Of a DNA stretch of 64,000 bases, positions 1-13,208 are shown piece after piece. The notes under the pieces are model-generated. The model saw only the letters and a program-made list of their open reading frames with translations. It searched no databases and had not been told where the DNA came from. Position numbers and translations under genes: made by a program. The DNA is from Schmidtea polychroa (taxonomy: Eukaryota): the NCBI GenBank assembly GCA_044892525.1, contig CM097887.1:41292001-41356000 (forward strand), read 5' to 3'. The number at the start of each line of letters is the position of its first letter. The stretch's first letter is position 1.

Positions 1-101
1 CATAATTTTACAATTTTGAATATAATTATTTTATAAAATTTATAACTTTTACTTTAAAATTTTACAATTACAAGAATATTTTTAATCATAACACTGAAAA
101 A

Positions 102-635
102 ATGTCTACGAAATTAGGTACTAGGATATCTTCTGTTGTTATGGGTTTATTATTTATTATACCTGGTATGATGAAAACAGTAAAAGTGAATGCCAACCTG
201 TATAAAGAAATGGTATATTGACTGACTTTAAAATTAAATATTTATAATTTTTTAAAATAAATAGCTGAAAACTTTCAAAAATTTTACTCAAGTTTCACCC
301 CTTCAACTTATTGGTGTCAATCCTCCTCCATATGTTTACATGCAAAGTATCGGGGTCATTGAACTGATTTTAGGCACTACTCTTATTGTTGGTGGTGCAA
401 CAGCGCGTAAAGTTGCCTGTCTTGGTTTGATGGTACTAATGTTATTAACAGCAGCCAGTCAGTTTCGGCTTGACGACTATATGGCGGTAAAAATAAAAAT
501 GGGTAAAATATTATTTGTATTAATATTCTGTTTTAGATGATTGTACCATCAGGATATTTCGCTCTATTGAGCTGGGTATTTATCAGTATCGAAAAGCTGG
601 AAAGACAAAATAAGGGCAAAACTAAATCCGAATAA
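102..635 (+). CDS. TMEM35: TMEM35/NACHO-family membrane protein, 3 exons (102-212, 265-486, 537-635), 143 aa
   Basis: GT-AG introns of 52 and 50 bp join into one frame: MSTKLGTRISSVVMGLLFIIPGMMK...EM|LKTFKNFTQVSPLQLIGVNPPPYVYMQSIGVIELILG...|MIVPSGYFALL...KSE*. This resembles TMEM35B (F.EVFPL..FG..P.P..Y...VG.LEL..G). Confidence 0.8.
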
Positions 636-3327
636 TGTCTAACGGAATCGATATTTTTTCTTTTTTATTTTTTAAAAATCTTTAGCATTTGATCTCACCT
701 TAAAGTTATGTTATAGAAATTGTACAATTTAATATATTTAAAATATTTTACATTCATTTGTTATTATTTGACCTTGAGGTTGAATGTGATTGGGCGGAAT
801 TTAATTAAGAAAATCGATTCGATTCTTTTGTTGACTAGAAATGTTAATCATCAATCATAGTTTATAATTGTCGACTAATGAAAAATGTTCTTCTAGTCGA
901 GTGTAATTATGAAAATGGAAACAAGTAAATTGCTAGTTTATTTTCATTTCAGTTTGAAATACAAATTACAGCTTCATATTTGTCATTCAACAGTTGTCAG
1001 ACATATTTTGAAAATGGCAGGAAAATTAATTGTTCTGGCATTGATGAATTTTTCAACATTTGCTAGTTTTTCATTGAAATTTCCATGTAATATAATAAGA
1101 AAAATGCGTTGAACAATTGAGCACAGTTTCAGAATTAGAAATTGAACGAGCGGGTGGAAATCCGACCTCATCAGCTTCAAATTACATGACTATTTAAATA
1201 AGGCATTATACAATATTTTCAGTGTATATTTCTACAATAATGACAATTTATAATTCACGTCAAACTCTTTAGATGCTTTATGGACTATCGGTACTTTGAG
1301 GATATGTTCATAGTTTTGTTTTGGTTGAGAAAAAGACAATATGGTTCCTTATGAGATGAATATTTCAAAGTTCCATAGATCGTAGTAGAAATAATGTGAG
1401 ATGGAAATAGTTGTGTTGATGAAGAATATCCACATAGAAAGAGTTTTCTCTGCTTTATGTAAATAGATTTCTGTTTTATATTTATGAAAAACTTACAAAT
1501 GTGTTCATATTGTAAGAGAATGTTTAAGTACGTTGACTTTCTAGCGGCTCTCGTGTAATTTATTGGCCATTAATTGTGTGGTCATCAACTGTATTCTTGT
1601 GGATATAATCAACGTCTTAACATATGGGTATTGTTAACTAGCCCAATATTTTTGAAATTCCCAGTTTTATTTTATCATTTATATTTAATAAAATGTCTTC
1701 TATTTATATGAGCATTAGAGGCCGTAAATTATTTTTGAACAATGAGTTTCTTAGCCTATTTATTATATCTTCCAAATTCTGAAAAACTATGTTCACCTGC
1801 AACTTTGATTTGATGATAAAGTTTAAACAAATTTGTAGGTCATAGAAAAAACAATATGCACTAGTATATCAATTTTATATATTTTTCAATGAAAGAAGCA
1901 TACATAAATACAATTTTTTGAGACTTAATTTATTGTTAGAACATTTTACACTCTTATTAATAATTTGAAAATCAGATCCACTTTTAAGTGTATATGGCGG
2001 ATATATCGTCAATGTAGAAAGTTAAGAGAATCTCTATGAGCTGGGTGCTGGTTTTCTGATGATTTTAAATCACAAGTACATGAGATATGGGGGAAATGAC
2101 TATGGGTGTAAACAGGGCCTTAATTTAATAAGAAAACATTCAGTGGTGTAAGGAAATGTAGACTTGTGTTATTTATTTATTATTTATTTATTATTATCAA
2201 ATGTCAGCGTAGGCAGAAGAAAGGCATAAATTCACAGCAGTGAAAAATTTATTCCTGACGCAGTGGCCAATTTTTTTTGTGCTATTCTAAAATGGAAAAC
2301 CTTTTCTTATTTAGGTAGCGTTTTTTATTAAATTACTTATCATTTTGTTTTGAACAAAAATATTTTCAAAGAACTTTCAATGAACTTCAAAGATAAAACT
2401 ATATTTATAATTCTTAGTAATTCTAGTAGATAAAGGTTCCTTTAAAAGATCATTGAATCGAATTATATTTTCTGTTTGATTTTTCTTTTAATAATAGTTT
2501 GTAATGGATCTAGTGCATTTATAAGTGCCTTGGGAAACTATCAAATGTTTATTAATGAAATTTTTATCGTGGAAATGATTATGTAATGCACTATTTCAAA
2601 ATTAAATTGGTTATAAACAGACAATTTGTACTTTATACTGAGGTGATCTATTTTTTTGAATGTAAAGAAAATGTATTAACGCAATATTAACTCAATTTTG
2701 TGTGCTCATTTTTCATTTCGATATATTTAGCATTTATCTCGTGATTCTAACTGTATACATTAATAAATGTGTGTATGTATTTTCCTGCTTAAAGCAGATT
2801 GAATTTCGAAATATTGTAATTTTATTTATACCACCGCGTAATTGAAGATGGATTTAGTGACATTGATTTGACGATTTCATATATAAATAAAGCCTATCTA
2901 TAATAAATGTATGAGTGTGTAATAGCCAAAACTGACACTCAATTAAATTCATGTCATTAAATAATGACTTACACTATAGACGGATAGAAAAATTCACCAC
3001 TGGAAGAAAATTAAATGGCTGCACACAAGCACAGTTCAAAAAATCTCCAGAATAAATATTACACACAATAGAATATTAATTACACCTAATTCGGAAAGTT
3101 AACATTGTCTAATTTACATAATTTAGCATTAAAATTACTGTTAATATTAAATTTGAGACATAGCGCAATTAACTGGACTTTATGTTACTTTAGCCATTAT
3201 CAATTGCGTATATATAATTTGTGTAATCTTTAATATATTTGAAATTATAATATACATTTTTTATATTTTAATAAAACGACTGCGTATGTGAAATATATTT
3301 AAAATTTATTTAAAATGTAACTGTAAT

Positions 3328-3863
3328 CAGGGACGTAGTCAGGATTTCAGCTTTGGGAGAGGGGGAGTTTAAAATTATTAATTATTGCAATTCATCGAAA
3401 AATGTTAAAAGTTGACAAGGAAATATAGAAAAAAATATTTTAAGATAATTAAAAATTTTATTATTAATTATTAACAATGTATATTACATAGAATATATTA
3501 CAATATAATATTAATTCGTCTTAATCCCTTCATTAATTCAGAAAGTATTTCCATCTGAACTTATTTTAATGTCTTGATGAATATATAACAAAGCCAAACC
3601 ATTTAACCATTTTTCATCCATGGTATTTCTTAAATATGACTTCAGGTATTTAAGTGCTGAAAAAGAACGCTCTGCTGTACAAGTTGATACCGGCAATACT
3701 GTGAAAAAAATATAAATATTTTTTATAAAAAATTGGATTACATATTGCTAATGTATGTGATTTTAATTTCTTCAAATTTTTTGTACCTTAATTTATATTT
3801 GATAATCTATAATTTATTTGAGGGGGGGGGGGGTGAGCAAATGCACCCCTAGCTACGTCCCTA
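3328..3863 (-). mobile_element. Internally deleted hAT element with dimerization-domain remnant
   Basis: Ends CAGGGACGTAG / CTACGTCCCTA, with degenerate 8-bp flanks ACTGTAAT/GCTGTAAC. The minus strand at about 3565-3705 translates TVLPVSTCTAERSFSALKYLKSYLRNTMDEKWLNGLALLYIHQ, the hAT C-terminal dimerization motif. Confidence 0.75.
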
Positions 3864-6386
3864 GCTGTAACTATATTAATTTATTATTTAATTTAGTAAA
3901 TATTGGCACATTAATAAAAATTATATACTAATCATTTAATACAATAATTAGTTTTTGTAATAAATAAACACTCCATAACAAAATATTTAAGGAATTCGTG
4001 GGAATTAGAACTTAAGGTCTAGGAAATTTCGGGCTTTTTATTAACAAAGCAAAAAAATAAATAATGGCGTCATAATTAATTTAATGAAATGTGCAGTTAA
4101 CAATAATATAAGTAATATATTTCTAATTGTTTTGTATTCATTATTGTTTCAAAAATATAAATAAATTGTAACATGTAACAATTTTATTTTAATTATTTAA
4201 TGTTTTTCATTTTTAAAATTATAATTATGTTTTCTTCTGAGTGATATTTTGTTATTAAATATCAAAATTGAAGGGAAACGACCAGTCCTTTAATTTAAAA
4301 GATTATATACTAAATTCTAGTAAGATCATTGAAAATACTATCTTTCATTCAATAGAAGGTCAGATTGGATACCGTTAATTATTTTAAATAAAATGTTATT
4401 TTTATATTGCTGATTAAAATAACTTAAAATTATAATTAAATTAACTCGTTTAAAAAATGAAATACGAAGAAAGGTTAGGAAAAATGAAAGACATAAAAAT
4501 AATCAACAAAACGAGACAATAAAGTAAAGTAAAAAAGGTAATTATTCATTATATAAATAAATGTAAAAGAAAACAGAAACAGAAATTATTTTGACAGTCT
4601 TTCTCAATTGTAATTTAAAGATGAGCTGAGTACACCTAATTTCAATGAATAAATGTTTTTATAATCTAAAAAAATCAATAAAGTTATAATATCGAAATAC
4701 ACAAATTACTTGTGTGTAAAATTTTAATGTTTTAATGAATAAAAGTTTTTATATAGAAATTGAGAAAGTGGTAGAAAAATAATTTAACACGCAAACACAG
4801 CACACATAATAAAAAATGCATGCAAAGCTTTTATAGATATTTTATTTTAATGATGTATAAAAACTGATTAACATATAGTTAACATTATAAGAACTTTTTT
4901 TCCAATTTCACCACTGATTATTTTTTTCATTGAATTTATTAAAAAGAGAATTCACTTAAAAAAGGCAGTGCCGAAAATTCGTGAGTATCAAAAAACATCG
5001 AAATATTACTGATTTATAGTCTTCAAGCTCTCTTTTTAATAAATATAGTTAACATATTATTATTTTCAATTTATCAAAAAAAACATGATGGATACAATTT
5101 TTAGAGGAAATGACGACAAACTTCGTTAGATTAATTTAAAAAAATAATTATAAATTTAATATTTCTTTAGGTTTCAGATATTATCATCAGTATACTTATA
5201 ATGAAAACTAATACTTCAATGTCTGGTTTAGGAAATATTTTCGCTATAATAGCGATAAGTGATAATTAAATATTGAAAACAAATTAAATTGTTTATAATT
5301 AAAATGGGAAACGCTGCCTTTTGTGAAGGCGAGGAGCTGACAACGTAAGATGTATTCATGAAATTACAAATAATTTAAATTTTTTACAGTATTTCGAATA
5401 TTTCTTTTCAAACTCTGCTTTTTGTGAAAGTGAAATTTCAAATATTTAACCAGATTTCGAGGAAAAAATCGTAAATCGTAAATTTTAATACTTATTTAAA
5501 AAAAATAATATTTTGATAGAATTTCAGAAAATGGAAAAATTCAATTTTATGAGTGTCGTCCAATTTTTTCAGATTTTCATGAATTTCTTGGCACCAGCTT
5601 TTATTGAGTATGATTTGTTTTAAAAGTTTTCTTGAAAATATGTTTGTCTAAATTTTTGAATATAATTTTGTGAAAATTGCGCGTGAGTTTTAATTTTTAT
5701 GATTTTTTTTGAAAATTTCCTTATCAGTATGTTTTGTTTTAACTTTTTGTCTGTTTGTTTGATTTGTGTGTGTGTGCATGCACTCAGTTTTAATTTTTAA
5801 AATCTGCTGTTTTTTTATAATTTCTAATGTTTTGTTTCAAATTTATTTTTAAGCACTTTGATTTAGTAGTTACTGGCATTCATCTTTTGTTTTGTTCACT
5901 TTTTTCAAAATTTGTTTATGTATATTTTTAACAAAGAAACTTAAAATTTCTTCAATTAAAAAGAGTAAGTAATCTTTTAGTCATTGTAGCCAATCAATAT
6001 TTAAAATGTATTTTAAATATTTAAAATATAACAAATATAATTTTGTTTATGTAGTTTAGGTATTTTGTTAAATGTAGTAAAATATGGATTTTCAAACTTT
6101 TCTTTGTTAATATTTCATTTATTTTCATTTTGACAAAATATCAAAAATAAATTAAATGCGACATAGCTTTCATCTTTGTCTTTATAAAGTGTTATTATAA
6201 ATCTTTAAACTTTTGTCAGAATGAAAATAAATGAAATTTTGAACTCATGCATTTATTAGTCATAGATGCTGTTAATTTAATTACTGTTAATTTAATTAAA
6301 ATATAAATAAAATCAATTAACATAATTCTTTAACTTATATGAAAATTAAATTTATAAAGATATCCATCATTTAATTTGCAAAAAAC

Positions 6387-7655
6387 ATGCTTTCCATTCC
6401 TCCAGATTTAAACATCAGAACGAACGAGGTCAACTATTCTGACAATATACTATCGGTGATGGATATAAACAACGAAATGCGATATTATAAAATTGAAATG
6501 AATTATGATTTCGAAAAAGTTCTTGTTATAAACTTTCTATTTCCTTCTACCATGGATCAAAACAGTAACTTCACGGGAATTTCTGCCGTAGATCCGGTTA
6601 TCAATGTCGACGAAGTTTATCAATTGTATACATTAAAACAAATTACATATGGCAAGAAAGCAGATCCAAATTACAAATTGAAATTCGGAAGTTTTCCTGA
6701 AGGAAATTCCTCAAAAAATAAAGTTGATCCAGCAAAACCAGTTAGAAAAATAGGAAGTCATGAAAATACATTTTTGAAAGCTATTGAATCTATTCCAAAG
6801 ATTCATCGTCCAGTATTCGATCCACCCTGTCCATGGTTAGAAAAACGATTATATGTTGATAATCTCTGTGCTCCCGATTCTCAATGGGAAGAAATTGCGG
6901 CAGCACTTAGAGAAAATTTTGTTTATTTAGCAACTGATTTGTGTATTTTTCATGCAACTCAATCTCATTTTATGTTTACCATTGTCAAAGTCGAGGCATA
7001 TAATATTATGAGATTATTGGCAATGCCCGCTATTCAGGAATACAATTCGAACTTATCAAAAGAACTATTAAAAAATCTCTTCAGTCTTATCACTCACGAA
7101 TTAAATCAGTCTACCTTAACTGTAAACGAAATCAGGAATATCTCTAAAGATCTTATTTGGAATTATTATAAATTTGTGTCTCCACGGGCAAGAAGTTTAA
7201 AGGATGCAATCCGCGAAACACCAAAAGTTCTCTATTACTCTCTGTGGTTGAATGATGATTTGATTCCAGGAATAAGTAAACGAAAAATAGATTCTCGTTT
7301 TATTCGAATTGAAAGAACATTCCGATGCAAAATAATACTTCGACGAAATCTGGCGTCAGTGGCGCCTGATAAAAATAATGATACCTTGATGGAAATTTAT
7401 TTCGACTATAATCACGGCCAGTTCGGGTTGGCCATTGCAAATATCAATAAGTTGATACGTGAATACCATAAAAGCCTTTATCGGGATTTGACGGCCCATC
7501 AAGCAATGGTGTCCAGTGTGAGTAAAGACTTCTTTTGTTGCGAGGAATTGTCATCGTTAATTGAAAGGGAATATGTGATGGATGATATGAGTTACCATTT
7601 TATTCAACTCATGCATTGGTTGAAGTCACAAAGAATTGGACATTATATTTTTTGA
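6387..7655 (+). CDS. Intronless 422-aa protein of unknown function
   Basis: Long uninterrupted ORF with higher GC than its flanks and globular-looking composition. No family recognised with confidence. Confidence 0.65.
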   Translation: MLSIPPDLNIRTNEVNYSDNILSVMDINNEMRYYKIEMNYDFEKVLVINFLFPSTMDQNSNFTGISAVDPVINVDEVYQLYTLKQITYGKKADPNYKLKFGSFPEGNSSKNKVDPAKPVRKIGSHENTFLKAIESIPKIHRPVFDPPCPWLEKRLYVDNLCAPDSQWEEIAAALRENFVYLATDLCIFHATQSHFMFTIVKVEAYNIMRLLAMPAIQEYNSNLSKELLKNLFSLITHELNQSTLTVNEIRNISKDLIWNYYKFVSPRARSLKDAIRETPKVLYYSLWLNDDLIPGISKRKIDSRFIRIERTFRCKIILRRNLASVAPDKNNDTLMEIYFDYNHGQFGLAIANINKLIREYHKSLYRDLTAHQAMVSSVSKDFFCCEELSSLIEREYVMDDMSYHFIQLMHWLKSQRIGHYIF

Positions 7656-9511
7656 TGTGGGAAAATGATTTTAATTTCACTATGGATTTTGTTTTTTTTA
7701 CAATTATTTTAATTTCATTCTTTTTCATTGTGTTTAGAATCTGATCATTTTAAATAAAACTTGTTTAAAATTAGACTTTTGAAAACTGTTTATTTGTGAA
7801 ATAATGTATTTTTAACTCAATAAATGCTGACATTTTCTTTACTCAATTACTGAGAAATTAATATGAATTTTAAGTAATAAAAATTGTTAGGTTTTATCCC
7901 ATTTCCCAAATTGAATCTGTTTTAAACAGATAATTTGTATGTCACATTTACATGATGTTTTTGTGATTGAATAGAAATCACAACGCAAAAGTGTGTGCTC
8001 ATTTTTGATTGGATGGGGAGAATTGAACCGAATGTATTTCGCACTTCTCAAGTGATTCTACATTGGGTATTGCACATACTGTTTCTACTTATGGCAAATT
8101 GAATTTGAAAATATTAAAATAGGATAAGTTTAGTTAAACGAAAATAAATCAACAAAATAAAAATTGATCATTTCAAATTAATAATTAATTTGTGAATTCA
8201 TATAATTAACTCATTCGGTACCAAATTTTTTAGTCCTTTAGATATTAACTTATAGCAGATGACAAAAATTTAAAAGCAAAGTATTAAATCTCCAAGAGAA
8301 ACTGACATCTGTGAAATACATTTTAAACCAAAATAAATTTCTTGATTGAGACATTTTAAAGCCAAATTGGTTTATTGGACAATTGCAAGTACATTCACTT
8401 ATTGAATTAAGGCAAAGATAATAACTGAGAACAACAAAAGAACACCATCAATGTCCCAAATAGTTTTCATATGGCCGAGAAATTCCTAAAGTTGCAATTC
8501 ATCATCATTATCTACTCGTCTCATTACGTTCATATTTATATCTATATATGAACACAATTTCGTTTCCGGGTACCATACGATTGAAAAACCCATCTGAGCA
8601 TCAAATATTTGAATTATAAGCAGTCTGACGAAATAATATATTTTTTAGCTGTTGCAAATGTTGATAACAAAGGAAAATCAGCTCAATTTAGCAGTTTCAT
8701 AATCAGCTGTTATAACACTCGAATGTCGGTGACTTTGTCGCACTCATAATCCATATGATCATTTGTGTTACTTAAGCCTTCATCTTCCTAACCTCAAAGG
8801 TGTAAAACTTTCTATGACGAACTTAATCGTAATCTCACATCTCGTCACTTTGACTGGTGACTCAAATGCCTAGTGGCCAGATTGTGGTGATTTCGGAATT
8901 CATGCAATAATTCATGCAAATCTATCTAATACGAAAAAGGGTTACTTAAGTCGAGCCAACTCCGGTTCCGAACGCCGGGGTCGTTGTTTTAGTTGAGAAA
9001 AAGACAATATAGTGCCTTGTGAAATGAATATTTCAAATTTCAATCGATCATAGTAGAAATAATAAAATATGTAAATGGTTTTGGGTCCATTAACATGGTT
9101 AGTAGATAGAATCGACTAAACAAACTACATGGTTCACTGATTTTTATATTAGCGAGAGTGTGTGATAGAACATTTTCATGTCCCATAACGTGCACTGATC
9201 CTTAGTGAGCCTATCGATCAATGGCGATGTGCTGGTGACATACCTGCTTTGGTTACAAACCACCTTACCCATGATCGCCCGTGCGCTTACCTAGTGTTCA
9301 TGCTCATATGTGGCAGATTGATTTGTACAGAAAAATGCAATGAATCGATTCGCAACGTGACATTTATTTAGATTTCCCAATCGATTTATATTACTAGTGC
9401 ATGGTGTAACCCCATATTTTAGTGACATGATATGGATTTGTATGGCAAAATTAAGATGGATTTGAATGTCACATAATTTCGAGGAAGAAATATTTTTAAA
9501 GGAGGGCGATA

Positions 9512-10684
9512 TGTTGAGGATACTTAAATAATAAAATTAAATAATTATAAAAGTGAGAAAAATAAATAAGGGGAAAGGTATAAAATAAAGGGTATGTTGA
9601 TCCACATCTCTGAGAAGCACAACCTAGGGTAAGAAATTGTTGAGGATACCTAAATAGCAAATAATATAATAAATAAATAAATTACCTTGGGGACAAATAG
9701 TTATGACAAACGGGACGATCTATGAGAACTCGGAGAAGAAAACGGAAGTAAAATGAAATGAAAAATGAGAAAGATAAATCAAATTAAAGAAAATAAACTA
9801 GAAATTAAAACAAAGGTCATTGTTAATTAAGAAGTGCAAACGAAGAAGGAATTTCAAATTCCAGGGAAAAAATATGAGAAAAGCCGTATCTTGATAGCTC
9901 GTCAAAGATATCGAAATGGCAGGAAAAGTTGGCACGACACGAAAAGGAAAAACAGGGTATATCTCGACGTCTGTCAGAGATAAGGCTGAAATAGCGGTGA
10001 ATACAGAAAAAAAAGAAAATGGAAAACAAAATTATCTCAAGTACCGCAAATGTGGCAAGCCTTAAAAGGGAAGACTCAGAAGTTAGAGTTAGTTAGAAGA
10101 GAGTTAGAGAGTTCGAATTTAAAGGAGAGTTAAATTTATAGAATTGAAAGAAGAACAAAGGAAGAATTAACAAGAGAATTAAACAGAGTGAAACCAGATT
10201 AGCAGAAGAGAACTGTTGATAATAAATAATTGATTGGGAGAGTGACGAGAATCTTTTGTAAAATTGAATAAAAAGTGGAAGTAGAGTGAATAAAGTTGTG
10301 GTCAAAGCAAATAGAGCAATCGATCAATGTACCCTGTAATTGAGTTGGTTGACGGCTAGTGATTATTGTTACAAAAATTATACGAGAAGGACTATTCTCC
10401 ACGTACTGTCGCAACAAGCTCTGTGTAATTAGTTGGTTTAGAGTTAATTGCTTGTAATTGTAACTTGTACGATCTATTGTGAATATTAATAAAGTTAATC
10501 TTGTTCGGGATTGTTAATTTGTGAATTAATAATACACGCTTTGGAGTCAGAGTGAAAACTTTGAATTTACAAATATTATCACCAACCCAATAACCCAACA
10601 AAATGGAAAAATAAAAATGAAATGGCAAAAAATCGATAAAATCAAACAATGAAATATGACAAGGTACAAGTAGCAAGTACAAAT
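9512..10684 (+). mobile_element. Older LTR remnant that received the nested insertions (continues at about 40490-40640)
   Basis: The typical gypsy 3' internal end and purine-rich tract ttcgaggaagaaatatttttaaaggagggcgata is followed directly by TGTTGAGG at 9512. The purine-rich sequence resumes after the giant element. The right end is uncertain. Confidence 0.5.
9638..10600 (+). mobile_element. Solo LTR, 963 bp, with AAAT TSD
   Basis: Starts TGTTGAGG and ends CCCAACA; flanked by AAAT at 9634-9637 and 10601-10604. Internal AATAAA and U5-like segment. Confidence 0.65.
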
Positions 10685-11075
10685 TGTTGGGCTGAGTCGA
10701 AAATTTAATCGTTGAAAAATAGGAAAGTAGGGAAGTAGAACATTAAGAAAAATAATAATAAAATAAATAAAATCAGAAATAAAATAGAATAAGATATAAG
10801 GAAAATAATAATTAAGACATAAGAATTAAAACAAAAAATAAAATTAAGAAAAGATTAAAATAGAACAAGTTGACAAATAAATAAAGAGGAATTCAAGAAA
10901 TAATAAGGAAATTAAGGAAATAAATAGAAAAACATATTAAAAATAAAGAAAATAAGGAAAAAACAACCTAAAAACAAGAAAATTATATTAAATTAATAGA
11001 AATAAGCGGTACTCAACTCTGATTGGTCCGCACAAATAAGAATTTGATATATATACAACTACCAAAAACATTAAA

Positions 11076-11153
11076 TTTACTGTTAACCCCGAGCATTTCA
11101 TAGGTAAGAAAAATGTTTACTGTTTTTACTGTTAACCCCGAGCATTTCATAGG
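11076..11153 (+). repeat. 29-bp direct repeat pair in the LTR (copy at 37030-37107)
   Basis: tttactgttaaccccgagcatttcatagg at 11076-11104 and 11125-11153. Confidence 0.9.
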
Positions 11154-13208
11154 ATCGACACTACTAGCCAAGCAACCGTCATTCAGAAAACTCCACAACT
11201 ATTCAAAACCAGTTCAGAGACCGAAATACCATTCATCACAATAATCGACATCCAACGGACCACCATTAGAACTATTTGGAACGAACAACATTGAATTTTG
11301 ACTCAGCCTAACAATAGTAAGGGGTATTTCATTTGTTTATAGATTTATTTAAGTATTTGCAAAGCTAATAATAATGTTAAATATTAACGATTAAACATTT
11401 TAGTTAACTCTCTTCATTTGATTCTCCATTTTAATAACTTTAACGTATTGATGGAATTTGTATTATTTAAGTATTTCCGAATCAATAAAATATTTTAATC
11501 CAGATGTCCGTATTTTATTTGAATTAAAGATTTTATGAATTTTCATTTAACGAGTAACGTGGAGTTGAGATACTCCATGTCATGGTATGAGGTGCCTTCG
11601 GGAGCTCAGCCGGTGGACATGGAGTATTTCAATCGCGCAGCTAGATTGGGCCGAAATGTGAAGGCTTCTTCACGGGTCCTATCGCTGAAGATGCGACTAA
11701 ATTATCACAATGGGGTATGGATAAAAAATAACCGGTAGACAATGATTTCACAAAGATAGTCATACGAATGAAGGGATTTTCAAGGATTTGCACAGTGATT
11801 GAGGGCGTCGCATTCTTCTTTCGTCAAGTCGTTTTCGTAAATCTTACCCCTATTGAAAAATGAGATCCAGACAACGATTTAGTGAACTTCGTCAAAAATA
11901 ACGACATCTCATAGTACGCTTCATCTGGAAACATGGTTTTATCAAATTAATTGCGACAACGTCTATTTGCCGGACTCAGTAGAACTAAATTCGTATGAAA
12001 TTCCATTATCATAGACCCAATGTCATCTAACCTGTCCAGATTGTATGTCAAGTTACGTAAGTATTCTAAAAACTTTGACTAACTCGAAACTATAAAATGC
12101 GAGATTCTACGAAAACCCTCTCTAATATTATAATCAGAAAGTTTTTATAGACTTAGTTATTTCAAAAATTATAAACAGGTAAAATATCACCAAATTTAAT
12201 TAATAACATTTATTTCTACAATAAGAGCCAGGTCATCACTGTATATATCCAAATTATTGAACCTGAGAGAAAAGGACAGGTTTCATCGAGACGGCATTAC
12301 ATCTGAATAGGAAAATCCGAGTAGAATGACGAGAGTAGTAATTTGCTCCAGTATTTGGTAGAATTATTCCCTCGACGATCACAGAAAAGATCCAATAAAT
12401 TTCCAAACGATGGTGATCATTCACACAAGTTGATAAGGGTAAAATTCCGCGATGAGAACTGGCGGTAGCATAAATCATAACTCAAATAGATCACTGTGCA
12501 GAGAAAATCATACGACAGCAGGATCGATAAAATCACCGTGAAAATGGCATACACCAAGTGAGTGAGATAAGATAGTAGCCATACGCGAATCCATGTGGTG
12601 AGAGCACAAAATATCAGACTAGCATACATAATAGTCGCGACACGTGACATTCACAATAGGTCGATAATGTAATCAACTAGTCGACAGTAGTATCCGTAAA
12701 TTTGGACATGTGTTATGACCGATGAGATATCCCATGAGGGTGTTAAAGTAATGGCTGATGTAAACTCATCACATATTTTCAGACCAATGGTAGACAACAT
12801 AGATAATCACATTCACTACCGAATTAAAAGTGCACTTCCAATAACAAATTTCGAATCAAAAAATATGTTGAGAATAGCGATAGTAATTTGTTTGTAATAA
12901 ATTAAAATAGATAACATATAGCAAGGTTTGGTCGCATACTATAATGTCCCTCTACTAAAGCATTATTATATTGTTTCACCAATATTATATTTACCCCCTA
13001 TTAATTATTACGCCCCTCATGTATACGGTTAGATCAATAGAGAGTCAAAGTTAATAACATGCGTCAAACCGAGGGCATTTGGTTAAATAAACTGTTTTAA
13101 CAACTAAGATCCGTAGTAAAACCGGATGGTAGAATAAGTTTTCCTTCTGTTCGACGGTCAAGTATCCACGAATGGACGCGGGTCGTATCTAATTTATTCT
13201 AAAATCGT

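Noticed and set aside
1960-2160. FYIDDI-like RT motif on the minus strand
   Set aside because: An isolated motif flanked by stops, with no other RT motifs.
5304-5470. Mini-exon MGNAAFCEGEELT with donor/acceptor (possible myristoylated N-terminus)
   Set aside because: The spliced frame stops after about 40 codons and I could not link it to the 422-aa ORF.
1325-9063. Diverged ~70-bp repeat at 1325-1395 and 8993-9063
   Set aside because: Probably an old TE fragment; no termini or coding evidence.
9823-10682. Hydrophobic minus-strand ORFs
   Set aside because: These are artefacts of purine-rich LTR sequence.
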